Part shown: piece after piece, positions 38,536 through 52,077 of the stretch | Layout: every line of letters starts with the position of its first letter | Position numbering within the stretch: the first letter of the stretch is position 1 | Assembly (NCBI RefSeq): GCF_006345805.1 | Contig: NC_043023.1 | Location: 9,114,001-9,178,000 of the forward strand | Direction of reading: 5' to 3' | Source of the DNA: Octopus sinensis | Taxonomy: Eukaryota | DNA length: 64,000 nt | The notes under the pieces: model-generated | Told to the model about the DNA's origin: nothing | Databases searched by the model: none | What the model saw: only the letters and a program-made list of their open reading frames with translations | Made by a program: the position numbers and the translations under genes

Positions 38536-39180
38536 ACTTGCACTCACACACATACACACATAGACACTACGCGCGCACACATACACACACTTATAGACAC
38601 TGGCGCAGTTTCTTTAATGAGACCGCTTCCTAACGGCGTGACGCCCCCAGACGATAAATAGGCTAGTCCAATACGTATAGTGGACGTGATAGCTAGTCGT
38701 CGAAGCGTCGTGTAGAGCGAGCCGGAGCTATCGGTAGACCAGGTGTCGAGATCCGTTGAGTCGAGTGATCGGAAGTGAGAGTTCGGTAGTTGAGAAGAGG
38801 TACGTTATTGGCGCATGCACGTCATCCGAACCTGCGATATAACAGTGACACATCGGGCAAATGAAATCCAGAATTTATCTGGATCGCAGATGGCCTTATT
38901 TGAGCCTAAACAAGCAAGATAAAGGGAAAAGAGGGGTCGTCAGTAATTATAGATCTAATATTTGTTAATCAATACTCTGAAAATTATTAACTCACTCTTA
39001 GTAACTGATGTATATAATTTTTTGGAAAATGGAAATATATCGGTAGAGGAGCGAAACGGATGTGGAAAGAAGATATATAAACTTTTGGAAAATGCATTCC
39101 GATGACAAACAATGAAAATATTGACAAGAAGACAATATATACACAAGTGTTGGCACTTACACATGTGCATTACACACGTA

Positions 39181-39255
<75 letters not shown>

Positions 39256-39297
39256 ATATATATATACATACATATATATGTATACATGTATATATAC

Positions 39298-39355
<58 letters not shown>

Positions 39356-39431
39356 CATATATATGTATACATGTATATATATACATATATTATATACATA
39401 TATTATATATATATTTATATATATATATATA

Positions 39432-39774
39432 TGGTGAAGGCGCATGCCTCAGTGGTTAGAGCGTCGAGCTTACGATCGTGAGGTTGTGAGCTCGAATCCC
39501 GGATCGGGTTGCGTGTTGTGTTCTTGAGCAAGGCACTTTATTTCACGTTGCTCCAGTTCACTCAGCTGTAGAAATGAGTTGCGACGTCACAGGTGCCAAG
39601 CTGTATCGACCTTTGTCTTTCCCTTGGATAACACTGGTGGCGTGGAGAGGGGAGGCTGGTATGCATGGGCGACTGCTGGTCTTCCATAAACAACCTTGCC
39701 CGGACTTGTGTCTAGGAGGGTAACTTTCTAGGTGCAATCCCATGGTCACTCATGACCGAAGGGGGTCTTTACCC

Positions 39775-39775
<1 letters not shown>
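39432..39775 (+). mobile_element. SINE family D (tRNA head + CORE/Meta-like central domain)
   Basis: cagtggttagagcg..ctcgaatccc; ttcttgagcaaggcacttt..gctccagttcactcagctgt. The domain name is an inference. Confidence 0.82.
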
Positions 39776-39827
<52 letters not shown>

Positions 39828-39838
39828 CATAAATGAAT

Positions 39839-39884
<46 letters not shown>

Positions 39885-39899
39885 TCATTTATATATATA

Positions 39900-39960
<61 letters not shown>

Positions 39961-39964
39961 GAAT

Positions 39965-40006
<42 letters not shown>

Positions 40007-40008
40007 TC

Positions 40009-40085
<77 letters not shown>

Positions 40086-40178
40086 CAACAATTGAGGGTA
40101 AAATTAATTAATTATTAATCAATTTCACCAAGTATTCAGTATGTAAAGGGACCATTATAGGCGAATTCAAAATATTAT

Positions 40179-40634
40179 ATTATATATAAGGGCTTAGTAA
40201 AATAAATTACTTTGCCACATACTGAACTCATTAGAAATAGCAGCTATCAGCTATTTCTAATACTTAAAGAAGATCTCTCTCAGATAGTGTTTGCCTAAAC
40301 CAACTCACAAAAGTATGGGGGAAAAACATTAAAAAATCAAGTGCAAAGGTTATTTGAGAACGTACGTTTCTAGATTAGTCAATTCAAGGAATTCTGAGCT
40401 GAAGAAAGAAATGTCGAATTGACTAATCTAGAAACGTACGTTCTCAAATAACCTTTGCACTCGATTTTTTAATGTTTTTTCCCCCATACTTTTGCGAGTT
40501 GGTTTAGGCAAACACTATCTGAGAGAGATCTTCTTTAAGTATTAGAAATAGCTGAAGAAATTTCTTTAGCTGCCATTTCTAATGAGTTCAGTATGTGGCA
40601 AAGTAATTTATTTTACTAAGCCCTTATATATAAT
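40179..40634. repeat. Inverted duplication: arms 40179-40385 and 40416-40634, 30-bp spacer
   Basis: Reverse complement with one ~11-bp indel. Confidence 0.92.
40395..40446 (+). ncRNA. Type-I hammerhead motif spanning the centre of the 40179-40634 fold-back
   Basis: tgag-CUGAAGA-(aga..gtc gaatt gac..tct)-GAAA-cgtacg-UU-ctca; palindromic ACGUACGU stem III. Confidence 0.7.
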
Positions 40635-40637
40635 GTA

Positions 40638-40721
<84 letters not shown>

Positions 40722-41114
40722 TCATTTATATATATATATATATATATATATTTCTAAATCTCTCTAAAGGAGACTACAGCAAAAGTACTGGATGTTAATA
40801 GTTATCGCCGAAATAACATGGCAGTCTTGGAAAATTGGACGAATGCTGCCGTTGATTAGAGCCAAGAGTCCATCGTCTCTAGCTAGCTATGTCACACATT
40901 ACAAACTTCCATTACGACATTCGAACAGGGGAGGTCAGCACCTTCCGCTTGCTGGTTCAACAACCACAGACTAGGTTCGGGTTATTTTGCCCCTTTTCAA
41001 TGTAGAGTAGCCGAACCTAACAGGCGTCGCTGCTGACCGTCTGTTCGAAGGTTTATTTACCTATGTTCAGTGGAATACGTCCACTGGTTTTCAAATATAT
41101 ATATATATAAATCT

Positions 41115-41228
41115 GCAGTAGTGCCTGTATGGTAAGTATCTTGCTTACCAACTACATGATTCCAGGTTCAGTCCCACTGCATGGTACCTTTTGCAAGTGT
41201 TTTCTACTATAGGCTCGGGCTGACCGAA
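41115..41228 (+). mobile_element. SINE family B, head fragment
   Basis: gtgcctgtatggtaagtatcttgcttaccaactacatgattccaggttcagtccc. Confidence 0.7.
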
Positions 41229-41229
41229 C

Positions 41230-43170
41230 ACTAAAAGCAATAAAATTGTCAAACTGTTACATAATAAAAAGAGAGAATTGTCATGCCTGTTGAGATATTC
41301 TGTAAGCGCTAGAAGACTGCTCATGGAAACAACATGATCAATGGTTTCATTTTGTTGTTGTCATACACGATATGTTGGGAAAACTGGCGTTCTTTAATAT
41401 GTTGGCCTGGTAGTTTCTTGTAGGTAGGCATTGATATTGGGCTGCTATGATAAATGCTTCTGTTTCTGATTTTAAGCCAGAAGCCATTAACCATTGATGG
41501 GCAATGGCTTTGTCAACATCGTCACTATTAGCTCTGTTTGGGTATTTCCATTGAGAAATCTTCTTTGCAATTTATCAGTAAGAATATCTAAGGCAGCAGT
41601 TGTAACATTAGCTTTTTTGTGTTTGTTTCTAGTACTTCTAATTCTAGAATTTGTTGTATTTGGAATTCACTTATATATTCCTTTGCCTGTTTTGCTACTG
41701 TACATGAAGCTTCCTGGCTGTCATGTTTTGAGAAAGTCTTAACATCCAGTAATCAGAGTTTTTCAGGTAGGTGTCTAGGTCAATATTGGCAATGTTCATT
41801 GTTAATTCCAGGTGTAAAAGTCCTCAGTCTCCCTCTTTTCTTGGCACTTCTATATTTGGGTGGTGCATTCTATGCATTGCCAACAATTTTCGCCTTTTTC
41901 TGTCAAGATTACGTATTTCAGTACTTGACTAGTTAATGATATTGAAACTATAAGTCACGACTCCTATGGTTAAAGAATAGATCGCTTCGATCCTGTTTCT
42001 TGCATTCAGCAATTACCCTGTGATAACATTCTCTTCTGATCCTTTCTCTCATCACTAAATGTTTGATGCCATCACGTTCAAATTACCCTAGGTATTTGTA
42101 GCTCTCCGCGTGTTATAACTCCTTTATGACATTCTACTGGTCAAGGTTAAAGTTAGATGTGTCAGTCATTTCTTTCTTTGATAAAGGTAGGTATTGCGCA
42201 TTTATCGAGGCCAAATTGCATCCTGTAGTATTATTTATCAATTGCTAGTAAGCCCTGTAGTTGTTGGCCATTTTTTGCAAAGAGCTTTAAATCATCCATG
42301 TAAATGAGATGATTTATATTTTTATCAAACATTTTATAACCGTACTGTGCATCATTGAGTAATTTCGAGAGAGGTATTAAGACTAGACAAATGAGGAGTG
42401 GTGATAGAGAGTCACCCTGGAAAATGCCATCTGAAATTCTTAGATCTCCAGGATTAAGAGATTCAATAACACTGTTCAGCATGGTTCTCCATGATCTCAT
42501 ACTTACAAGCAAAAAGTTTCGCAGAGTAGGTGCAATTTTATACATTTCCAGACATTTCTTAATCCAGCTATGTGGTAGACTATCAAAAGCTTTTTTATAG
42601 TCTATCCACGTTATTGACAAGCTTTTGTATCGTTTGAGACAATATTCCAAGATCATCTTATTGATGAGTAGCTGGTCTTTACAACCACAGGACCCACGTT
42701 AAAATCCTTTTTGCTCATTTGGGAATATGCCACTTTCTATTAAAAAAAACTATAGGTATATTCACTTAATACAGATGTTAGCATTTTGTACATTGATGTT
42801 AAGCAGGTTATGGGTCTGTAATTTTTCGGTACGTTTGTTTCTTCATTTTTTGGAAGTAGGAATGTTAAACCATTAACTAGCCAAGAGGGAATCATACTAA
42901 GATGTTGGAGAACATTGTTGTAAAGTTTTGCTAGTAGTTCAACACTTTCTGGGGAGGCATTCAACTAGAATTTAGGAATTTTATCCTTTCCTGGAGACTT
43001 CCATTTACTTGACTTCCTTATTATTATTATTATCATTATTATTGTTATTATTATTATTATTATTTCTTCCAACGCGGATGGACGTGTCTCCGGAAGCTCC
43101 GTGAGTTTTGTGACAATTTCATTGGAAATTTGCTGATAAGTGTTAATATTTTTGAATATTTTTGTAGCCA
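41230..43170 (-). mobile_element. Degenerate R4/Dong-like (restriction-endonuclease-type) non-LTR retrotransposon fragment
   Basis: Broken frames give KSSKWKSPGKD, NYRPITCL, GCKDQLLINK, WIDYKKAFDSLPHSW, GIFQGDSLSPLL, HLIYMDDLKLFAK. Confidence 0.82.
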
Positions 43171-46100
43171 AGCCGACTAACTTTTTACAGAGCTAGTTGG
43201 CTAGGCAAAATTTTACCCCTTTCGGGGTAAAATTACTGTTTATATTATTGACATTCACATTATTTTGCACACACACATTTCCAAAATGGCTTTAAAAAGA
43301 GCTGCTGGCTTTTCCCTCCTTGCAACAGCACCCCCTCCACAAGAAGAAAAAATTTCGTCAGCGGTTCCGAACCACCCATTTCAAGCCGTAGAAGGCGAAG
43401 TAAACATTACAATGGAACGTGCTGAAAAGCAAAGCGTTCCAAATAAGAACAAAAAAGACGGCGTCTCTTGCGACGTCATTTTAGATTTGCCCCCTCTACC
43501 TTCAACTAATGTTATAGTACCGAAAGGGGAGGAAGGGAATGATATGAATACGAGAGAAATAAACAAAGAAACAAAAATTGAAGAAAATGCCAAAGGTTTT
43601 GCTTCAGCTGCAAAGCAGATTTCGGAAGAGATACAAATTACGATGGAGGATATTAAAATGGCAAAAGAGTTGTTGAGAAAAGAGGGAAACAGTGTTTTCC
43701 TCAACACACCTGAACAACTCATACATGAGACCAACAAAAAAACAATATTCTACAAAGTTTTCGAAAAGAAAACTAAAAGACAGGTTAACGCCACACCCCA
43801 ACAGTTAGAAATGGCTCTGAAGCCCATTTGGGGCCAAAAGAGCTATGTGACAAGTGGGAAGCGATTTGGAACCGTGAAGGTTCGCTTCCCAACAGAGGAG
43901 CAAGCAAGGGCGCATGCCATTTCGCCCTTGCAAAATGAACATTTGTTCCTCGTTCCGATGTACCTCGGGCGTAAGGTCCAAAAAATAACAATAAATACAA
44001 TACCCCCCGAACTGAATATCTCATGGCTAGTGGCGGCTATCCTCTATGGCATAGAGGACACTGCCACTATCCTAAATGTTCGGAGGGTAAGAGAAAAGAA
44101 CTGGTCAGGTATGGGTATTGAACTGCTGGTACAGATCCAGCAGGAAAACATCAATGCCATACCTGACTTTGTCATCTTACTAGATGGGACCAGGCTAAAC
44201 GTTACTGTAGAGGGGCGAAAGCCAAAATGTTTCCTCAGCAGTAGCGAAAGCCACCTGAAGAGGGACTGCCCCATTCAAAAAAAGAGAATGGAGGCAGCAA
44301 CAACAACAACAACAACAGAAACAGCAGAAACAGCACGAAACACCAAAGGCTGCCACACCACCAACACCATCACCAGCACCAAGACGAACAACACTACCTC
44401 CAACAACAACAACCACCAAACCAACACCAACACCAGTACCTAGAAGGTCGACAGCAGCACCATCAACAGCAACAGGAGCAGCGGCACCACCGATACCGGC
44501 GGAACCAACAACTTTTCGTCCTGCTGCTGAAGCAGACCCCTCAACCATTCCTTTGCCGTATGAAGAGTACTCGGATTGTGCGAGCTCTGATTCCGACAAA
44601 GGAGAGTGGAACACGGTGCCTCCAAAAACGAAAAGGAGGAGAAAACAAAAAGACACACAGGGGAAGCGCGAACAAATAGTACTTCCCAACATCAACAACA
44701 ACATCAACAACAACACACACTCACAACAAACAACAACAACAACACTTTCGACACCACTACTGCCACTGCCAAACACACAGACACAATTACATCAATAAAT
44801 ACAAGGAACCAGGAACTGGTTGAGTATTTGAAAGACAGAACTAGTACAAGTATAACAGATTTTGTTATACCAAGACACAACACACCACCAGCACACATTC
44901 TCACAATAAAAATAAACAAAACAACATACAACGAAATTAAACAAATATTCCCTAATGATGTGGGATCGTTAGGGAAAAGTTTCTCTAAGAAACTGTACAA
45001 AAATATTTTGGAAGCACCCGTGCAAAAGCACAAGGGAGCCACCCCCACCACCAACAACAGTAAGTAGAGCCTTTTTCTTCTCCTTTTTTTCCCCCCTACT
45101 TTTGAAGCATGGCAAATCTTAGAATCGGTTGCTTGAATGTGAGAGGCCTCGGGTCACCTTGGAAACAGGGTCACCTGTTAAACGACCTGAGGTTTCATGA
45201 TGTGGATGTAGCAGCCATCAGTGAAACCAGGCTCTCCGACCCGCAGGAACTCGAGGCCTTTTCGGCGGATACGAGATATTTCTATCTTCGTGTCGGCCGG
45301 GAGCGGGCGGTGGTGGTACTGCGGTGTTGTTTCGGAAGGGCCTGGACTTGAAAATAAGGACAGTCTTCTTGGATCCGGAAGGTAAGTTGGTGGTCCTCGA
45401 CGTCGACGGTAGTGACGGCGGTGCTTTCAGACTGCTGGCTGCCTACGCTCCGACAGGAGCAGGGCAGTCGGATTATTTCAAACGTCTGGAAGTTTTCCTG
45501 GGAACGTCACGCACTCTAGTGCTAGTTGGGGATTGGAACGCTGTCTTAGACGAACGTTTCGATCGGGTGGGCAGGGGAGCGTCTGATAGGAGAGGGGGAG
45601 GGTGCAAGAGCCTCGCCAACCTACTCGGCCGCTTTCAGCTGTCCGACAGGTTTCGACTAGACAACCCGAATGTGCCAATGTGGACTTGGACCAATCGCAT
45701 CGGGTCGTCTAGATCGTACTTAGATAGAGTATTTTGTAGGCCAGCGGATAAGGACAGCGTAGGGTGTCCACAATTCCACCTAGTCGAATATACGGACCAC
45801 AAATTACTGATCTGTACGGTCGACTTAGATAGGCTACAAAGACAGGGACCCGGCTACTGGAAGCTGAACGCGTCGTTAACGGCGTGCAAAGCTTACAGAC
45901 ACCGGATTAGTTTACTAGTTAAGCGGGCGCTCACGGGGGCAATCATCAACAACAACTGGTGGTTTGCCCTCAAGAGAGCAATTAGAGTAGAGTCGATTAG
46001 GTATAGTAAGACTCTAGCTATTGAACGTAGGAAGAGAGAGCGGGATTTAGTTAAGAAACTAGACGAGGCTCTTGACACTGGCATCGCGACCGACGTGTTG

Positions 46101-48812
46101 GCGGCAAGGTTGGCCCTCGACCAACACTTCGACGCCAAACACGAAGGCTGCGTTGTCAGAGCTAAGGCACGTTCGCTAAGCGGGGAGGGGACTAGAGCCG
46201 CTCGATGGGTCCCTGTGGCGGAGGCGAAGCGAGGCAACAAAGCAACCATTCGGTCTTTGGTGGACCAGAACGGGCGCGAGGTTACCGAACCGAAGCAGAT
46301 GTGTACGGTGCTTCAGCGGCACTTTGCTCAACTGTTTGGGACGAGCGGTGGAACGGACACCAACGGTACAGACTTCGGTGTGTACCTGGACGGACTGCCG
46401 CAACTCTCGGACAGCGAGGCAGAGTGCTGCGAAGGACCGATATCTGCCTTGGAAGTGGAAGAAGCGATGAAGAGTTGCACGAGAGGTAGATCGCCGGGTT
46501 TGGATGGTCTGCCCTACGAGCTTTACTTTTCAATGCCAGACTTGTTTGCGGGCCTGTTGGCAAACGTCTACTGCAACTGGCAGCAAAACGGGAGAATTCC
46601 TGCTTTTGTCTGTCGAGGAGTGGTGGCTTTGCTGAAGAAGGACCCAAACAAGGGGGACGTTATAGGGAATTTCCAGCCCATCCCTCTGCTCAATACAGAG
46701 TTGAAGATTTTGGCCAAGGTGCTAGCCAAGAGATTGGCGCTTGTCGAGGACAAGCTGGTCGGCAAGACGCAGACATGCGCCGTGCCGACCAGGTCGATAC
46801 ACGACAACCTCCATCTCATGCGCTACATCATAGAGAGGGTGGGTAACGACGCTGGCGCGGGTGGGGCTTTGATCAACTTGGATCAGAGCAAAGCCTTCGA
46901 TAGGGTCGACCATCGGTACCTGGCAGCTGTCCTCAAGGCAGCCGGCTTCGGTCCAGTTTTCCGCGGGTGGATAGCTGCTTTATACAGCAACATCTGCTCG
47001 GTGATACGGGTGAACGGTCACCTTTCGAAACCGTTCGACATCTCGCGTTCGGTCCGCCAAGGATGCCCTCTCTCCCTCTTGTACATTTTGACTCTCGAGC
47101 CATTACTGCGCAAGTTGGAGGCTTTGAGGGGTATCCCGCGCGATCTAGGAGGCGGAAACAGCGTGTCTGCTTATGCCGACGACGTCACCGTGGTGGTGTC
47201 GAGCCACAGGCACATTGGCCTGATTGGCGAGACACTAAACCAGTACGAAGCGGTGACAGGGGCAAAGATTAACGCGGAAAAGTCTGTGGGCTTGCAACTG
47301 GGCACCTGGAGAGGCAAGCCCATGCCGTCCAACAGCGTCGTAGGGCGCTGGACAGACGGACCCGTTAAACTGCTCGGAGTCTGGTTCGGTCCGGACCTCC
47401 AGGTGGATAAGAACTGGGAAGAGGTGACGAGCAGGGTGGCACGTCTCACCCAGAAATGGGCCGAGAGGAAGCTGTCCCTGAAAGGTCGAGCGGAGGTGGC
47501 AAATGCGTACATCGCATCCGTCATCTATTACTGCTTGACCGTCGTCCCTTGTCCCGACCGCTGGCTGGCCAAGCTGGTACGCCAGCTCATCGACTTTTTG
47601 TGGAAGGGTCAGGTGCCACTGGTCAGGCGATCCATCTGCTGTCAACGACCGCTGAACGGAGGCCTTGGAATGCCGTGGTTGCTGTTGCGCAGACATGCGC
47701 TCAGGCTGCGGCATCTCAAGCGCTTCCTAGACGGTGAACAGGTGTGGTCGTCTTTTGTAAGACGCGATTTTCCGCAGCTCGTCTCTTTGACGGAGCTGCA
47801 GACCTCGATCAAACGTAGACCGAGAAAGGGCGCTTGGCACCTCGAGTGCCGTCAAGCCCTCTCCGCCCTCCGTCAGGCGGGCAATGCGATCGGTTACAGC
47901 TCCACTCTAGCGTTCTATAGAGGGTTAGTGGAGGAAAAATGCGACGACGTTCTCGGGGAAACTCTAGGCGTTGAAGATGACGAACTGTGCGGTCTGTTCG
48001 GGAGGACTTTCGGGCCGGGGCCGATGGATAATTTCCAGAGGTCGCTCGCCTGGCAGTGCTACCGAGGGGCTCTGCCTGTACGAGATAAACTCTACCGGCA
48101 CGGAAGTGCCGTCAGCCGGGCCTGCCCGAGGTGTTGCCAGGACGACGAAACCGTTCTGCACGCTCGTCCAGTGCCCGAGTATTGCTGAAATATGGGTTTA
48201 TGTCGAACAGCTACTGTCACGTGCGGGACGGATCCGACTATCGGCCGAATCCATAGTGAAGAATGCCCCGCCGACCTCATTTAACAAGGAGGGCGAGGCC
48301 GTTTTCTTGTGCCTAGTGGCTGTGGCGAAAGAAGTTGTGTGGTGGACTCGTTTGAAAGGGCTAAAGTCAGACACTTTCCTCTTTGGTCAAGGCCTCATCA
48401 ACTTTTTCAAGTTTCACTTGAAAAGGAAGATGAGGTTAGAGAGGAAAGTGCTGTCCGATAGCAAGTTTTATGAAAGGTGGGTGAATTGTGCGAGACTGGC
48501 CAGTATAAATGGACCAGTTCTCAGGTTTCGCCTGTGATTTCAAAAGGGTAATATAAAAGGAGAAAAAAGGGACTCTCTACACCCCCTTTTTTTGACCAGG
48601 CTCCCGTTGGCTTTTGTGGGGTTTTTTCCACCAGGAACCTTTCTTAGCGCCTCCCCCTTTTGGGAGATTTTCATTGTTAAATTTTTTAAATGTTATTAAG
48701 TTTTTACTCGATGTTTTTCAAAAACGGACAAAACCCTTTGTAACCTTTCGTCCTGTATTGTCCCTTCATGTTTCAAATCATGCGTGTCAGCCCTTGTGGC
48801 CAATAAAAAAGA

Positions 48813-48815
<3 letters not shown>
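43170..48815 (+). mobile_element. Near-full-length L1/Tx1-clade LINE
   Basis: ORF1 from ATG 43286 to ~45067 (degenerate zinc knuckle KCFLSSSESHLKRDCP; frameshifts in ACA repeats). ORF2 45109..48537 in three frames: LNVRGL/ISET, GDWN, LDRVF, DH; RT SPGLDG, DQSKAFDRV, VRQGCPLS, SAYADD; C-terminal CPRC..ETVLH..QC. AATAAA followed by (TAT)n tail. Confidence 0.92.
45324..48188 (+). CDS. Tx1/L1 ORF2 main segment (APE endonuclease + RT), 954 aa between two frameshifts
   Basis: ORF track; motifs as listed for the element. Confidence 0.88.
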   Translation: MLFRKGLDLKIRTVFLDPEGKLVVLDVDGSDGGAFRLLAAYAPTGAGQSDYFKRLEVFLGTSRTLVLVGDWNAVLDERFDRVGRGASDRRGGGCKSLANLLGRFQLSDRFRLDNPNVPMWTWTNRIGSSRSYLDRVFCRPADKDSVGCPQFHLVEYTDHKLLICTVDLDRLQRQGPGYWKLNASLTACKAYRHRISLLVKRALTGAIINNNWWFALKRAIRVESIRYSKTLAIERRKRERDLVKKLDEALDTGIATDVLAARLALDQHFDAKHEGCVVRAKARSLSGEGTRAARWVPVAEAKRGNKATIRSLVDQNGREVTEPKQMCTVLQRHFAQLFGTSGGTDTNGTDFGVYLDGLPQLSDSEAECCEGPISALEVEEAMKSCTRGRSPGLDGLPYELYFSMPDLFAGLLANVYCNWQQNGRIPAFVCRGVVALLKKDPNKGDVIGNFQPIPLLNTELKILAKVLAKRLALVEDKLVGKTQTCAVPTRSIHDNLHLMRYIIERVGNDAGAGGALINLDQSKAFDRVDHRYLAAVLKAAGFGPVFRGWIAALYSNICSVIRVNGHLSKPFDISRSVRQGCPLSLLYILTLEPLLRKLEALRGIPRDLGGGNSVSAYADDVTVVVSSHRHIGLIGETLNQYEAVTGAKINAEKSVGLQLGTWRGKPMPSNSVVGRWTDGPVKLLGVWFGPDLQVDKNWEEVTSRVARLTQKWAERKLSLKGRAEVANAYIASVIYYCLTVVPCPDRWLAKLVRQLIDFLWKGQVPLVRRSICCQRPLNGGLGMPWLLLRRHALRLRHLKRFLDGEQVWSSFVRRDFPQLVSLTELQTSIKRRPRKGAWHLECRQALSALRQAGNAIGYSSTLAFYRGLVEEKCDDVLGETLGVEDDELCGLFGRTFGPGPMDNFQRSLAWQCYRGALPVRDKLYRHGSAVSRACPRCCQDDETVLHARPVPEYC

Positions 48816-48875
<60 letters not shown>

Positions 48876-50336
48876 TATTATATAAGCCCCTAGGATCTTT
48901 TCAATTCTGAAGCCAGTTTTTTCAAATTTTTCCTACTGAACCAAACAATTTGAAACTTCGTATACTGGTAGAATGTGTCAAAAGTAAACTTAATTGTAAA
49001 CCAGAATGAAAACGGAATTGTAACTTCTAAGTTTAACGTTGTTTAATAATTAGAATTTTAACCAATGATATTCCGTCATTCGGCTTTATTTTATTTACTC
49101 CGTCTCGACCACCAATTTGGTGACGTATTAAACATCTTAAATGTAAACAGACCGCATCCTCCGTGAAATCTCCTTCTAATTATTTAAAGTACTCATGTTT
49201 CCAGGATCCTATAGTCAGCCACCTTCTAATAACAATATTTAAAACTAGTTAATAAGCCACATGTATTAAATTGAAAATGTTTCCATTCTGTTAGTACTTG
49301 CTTTCGTTTGCTATTAAGAAGTGGCATCTCAGTGACGAGGCTTCTAACAAGATTTCGTTTCTAAGCTAATGCGTTTCATTTCACTTATTGTATTTATTTG
49401 TGCAAAAGGCAAGAAATTTAATATTAAAAAAGCAAAGAGCTGGCAGAAACGTTAGCACGCCGGGCGAAATGCGTAGCCGTATTTCGTCTGTGTTTGTTTA
49501 CAGTTTTCAAACGAACGTTAGTACGTCACAAAAGCGCTTTCTACGTCACACTAATAGAATGCAGTCAAGTTTTACACATGAAAACAAACAATCTGATTGG
49601 TTAAAATTCGCAGTTTTAATCTACGATTAAAGTTATAAAATAGATTTTTCTCAAATAAACTAGTTCCAACCTGTGTCTTGTTTTGCTAGACTCTATCAGC
49701 ATACGAAGTTTCAGATTATTTAGTTAAGTAGAAAGATCTGTGGTCCTGCCTTCAGAATTGAAAAGATCCAGCCCCTACATTGTACACACACGCACACATA
49801 TATACATACATTCACTCACACGCACGTACACACACACACATTTACATATATATATACTATACACTCACACACACAAACACACGTACAAACACACACAAAC
49901 TCACATACACACCGACAGATATACATACACAATATACACCTATCCGCGCACGCACACATACACACAAACACATACAAACCCACACATACACGCGCACACG
50001 TACACGTACATACATACACTCTATAGCCCTTTGTTTTTATGACCCAGCTTTGACCTGGCTTGACACAAACGGCTAGTAGTCATCATGACAGCTGGCTTTG
50101 TCATTGCCCTTATTCACCAAAAATACACACACACACGCACGCACAAACACACTTGTCATCTTGCACACACACACACACACACACACAGGCATTCCTTTTT
50201 TTGGAACTGTCTTGCATTATAAAACCATATTTCAACTACCTCCAAATTCTGTTCTTTCAACATGTGATCTCTTAAGCACCACCAGCTCAAATATTGTCTC
50301 CTCTGTCTTCCCTCCTTGGGATCTTTCCTTCTTCTT

Positions 50337-50371
50337 GTTTCCGACGAAGAGCTCCGCTCGAAACGTTAAAC
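50337..50371 (+). ncRNA. Minimal hammerhead-like motif, U4C variant
   Basis: gttt-CCGACGA-a-gagc tcc gctc-GAAA-cg-UU-aaac; palindromic ACGU stem III. Confidence 0.6.
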
Positions 50372-50473
50372 CCTCCTTCCCTTCTTTCCTGAGCGTCAAT
50401 AATACTTTAATTGTTCCACGTCCTGCGTTGCTGTGTTTTTTCTCTTTTTTTCTGTGTTTTCTTGTTTGGATTA

Positions 50474-51052
<579 letters not shown>

Positions 51053-51059
51053 CGGCCGA

Positions 51060-51340
51060 TTGTTCACCACTGACAATGGCCACAAATAGTCAGAAAACGT
51101 GTGGTCTCGGGATGCCGTCGTCTGCTAGAGGGTAGTAAGGATTTGCTTCTCAGCTTGCAATATATTACGGGTGCAGACTGCATCGATAAACAACTGGAAG
51201 CGGATACTCCTGGTGTTTGAACGGTAGTAATATCGATTCCTATGGAACAGCCATGCTGATGTGGTGATAAATATTTCTTCTCGGTATAGTTACTACATTC
51301 ATCTCCTCTAGAGATTTTCTGACTTGCTACTTTGCTTGTT
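51060..51340 (-). mobile_element. Possible very old LINE RT fragment
   Basis: Reverse translation KKYLSPHQHG resembles the LSPxQHGF segment of CR1/jockey-like RTs; nothing else is clearly conserved. Confidence 0.3.
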
Positions 51341-51391
51341 TTATACACACTCACAGATACAGACACACTACAACACACACACACACACACA

Positions 51392-51469
<78 letters not shown>

Positions 51470-51479
51470 CAAAATGAGA

Positions 51480-52039
51480 AAATGGAGAAACATACCTAAA
51501 TCAATCATCAACCATCAGATAATACCCAATCAATACTTTATTAAACCATTACATAACAGCAATGACATTATACATAATATATTGCAAATATAACTAGACA
51601 TGGAAATAGAAATAGAAAATACAATTACATCATATCTGACAGCTGTTTCGGCCGTGAAGACAGGTATGTCTCATTAAACCTATTAGCCATATAAAGCAGG
51701 TATAACTGAGACATTAACAAGGATGTCTCACGGCCTCTTCAGAGAATTTAATATAAGTGTGAAAAAATTTACATATAAATATAAAAATATAAAATATAAA
51801 AATGTGTGCATAGACACTCATAATTCTACGCATATATATATACACATTAATACAATACAAACAAAATATATCAAACACAGTTATTTTCCATATTGGACTC
51901 ATAGTTCCATAACCAACATCAAGGAAATACATGTACACTCACATTTAAATTTAAAGCAGACATATATATATAGAACAGTCCAGTTCATTAAAATGTATAA
52001 CCCTACAAAAAAGTCAATAAAATTAATATTAATATTAAC

Positions 52040-52077
<38 letters not shown>

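Noticed and set aside
39820-40020. aaatgaatatac / gtatattcattt inverted motifs repeated within (TA)n
   Set aside because: Most likely slippage or local duplication within the microsatellite, or an assembly stutter.
45478-48280. Multiple antisense or overlapping ORFs in the Tx1 and RTE coding regions
   Set aside because: Expected shadow ORFs of GC-rich coding sequence; no domain signal.
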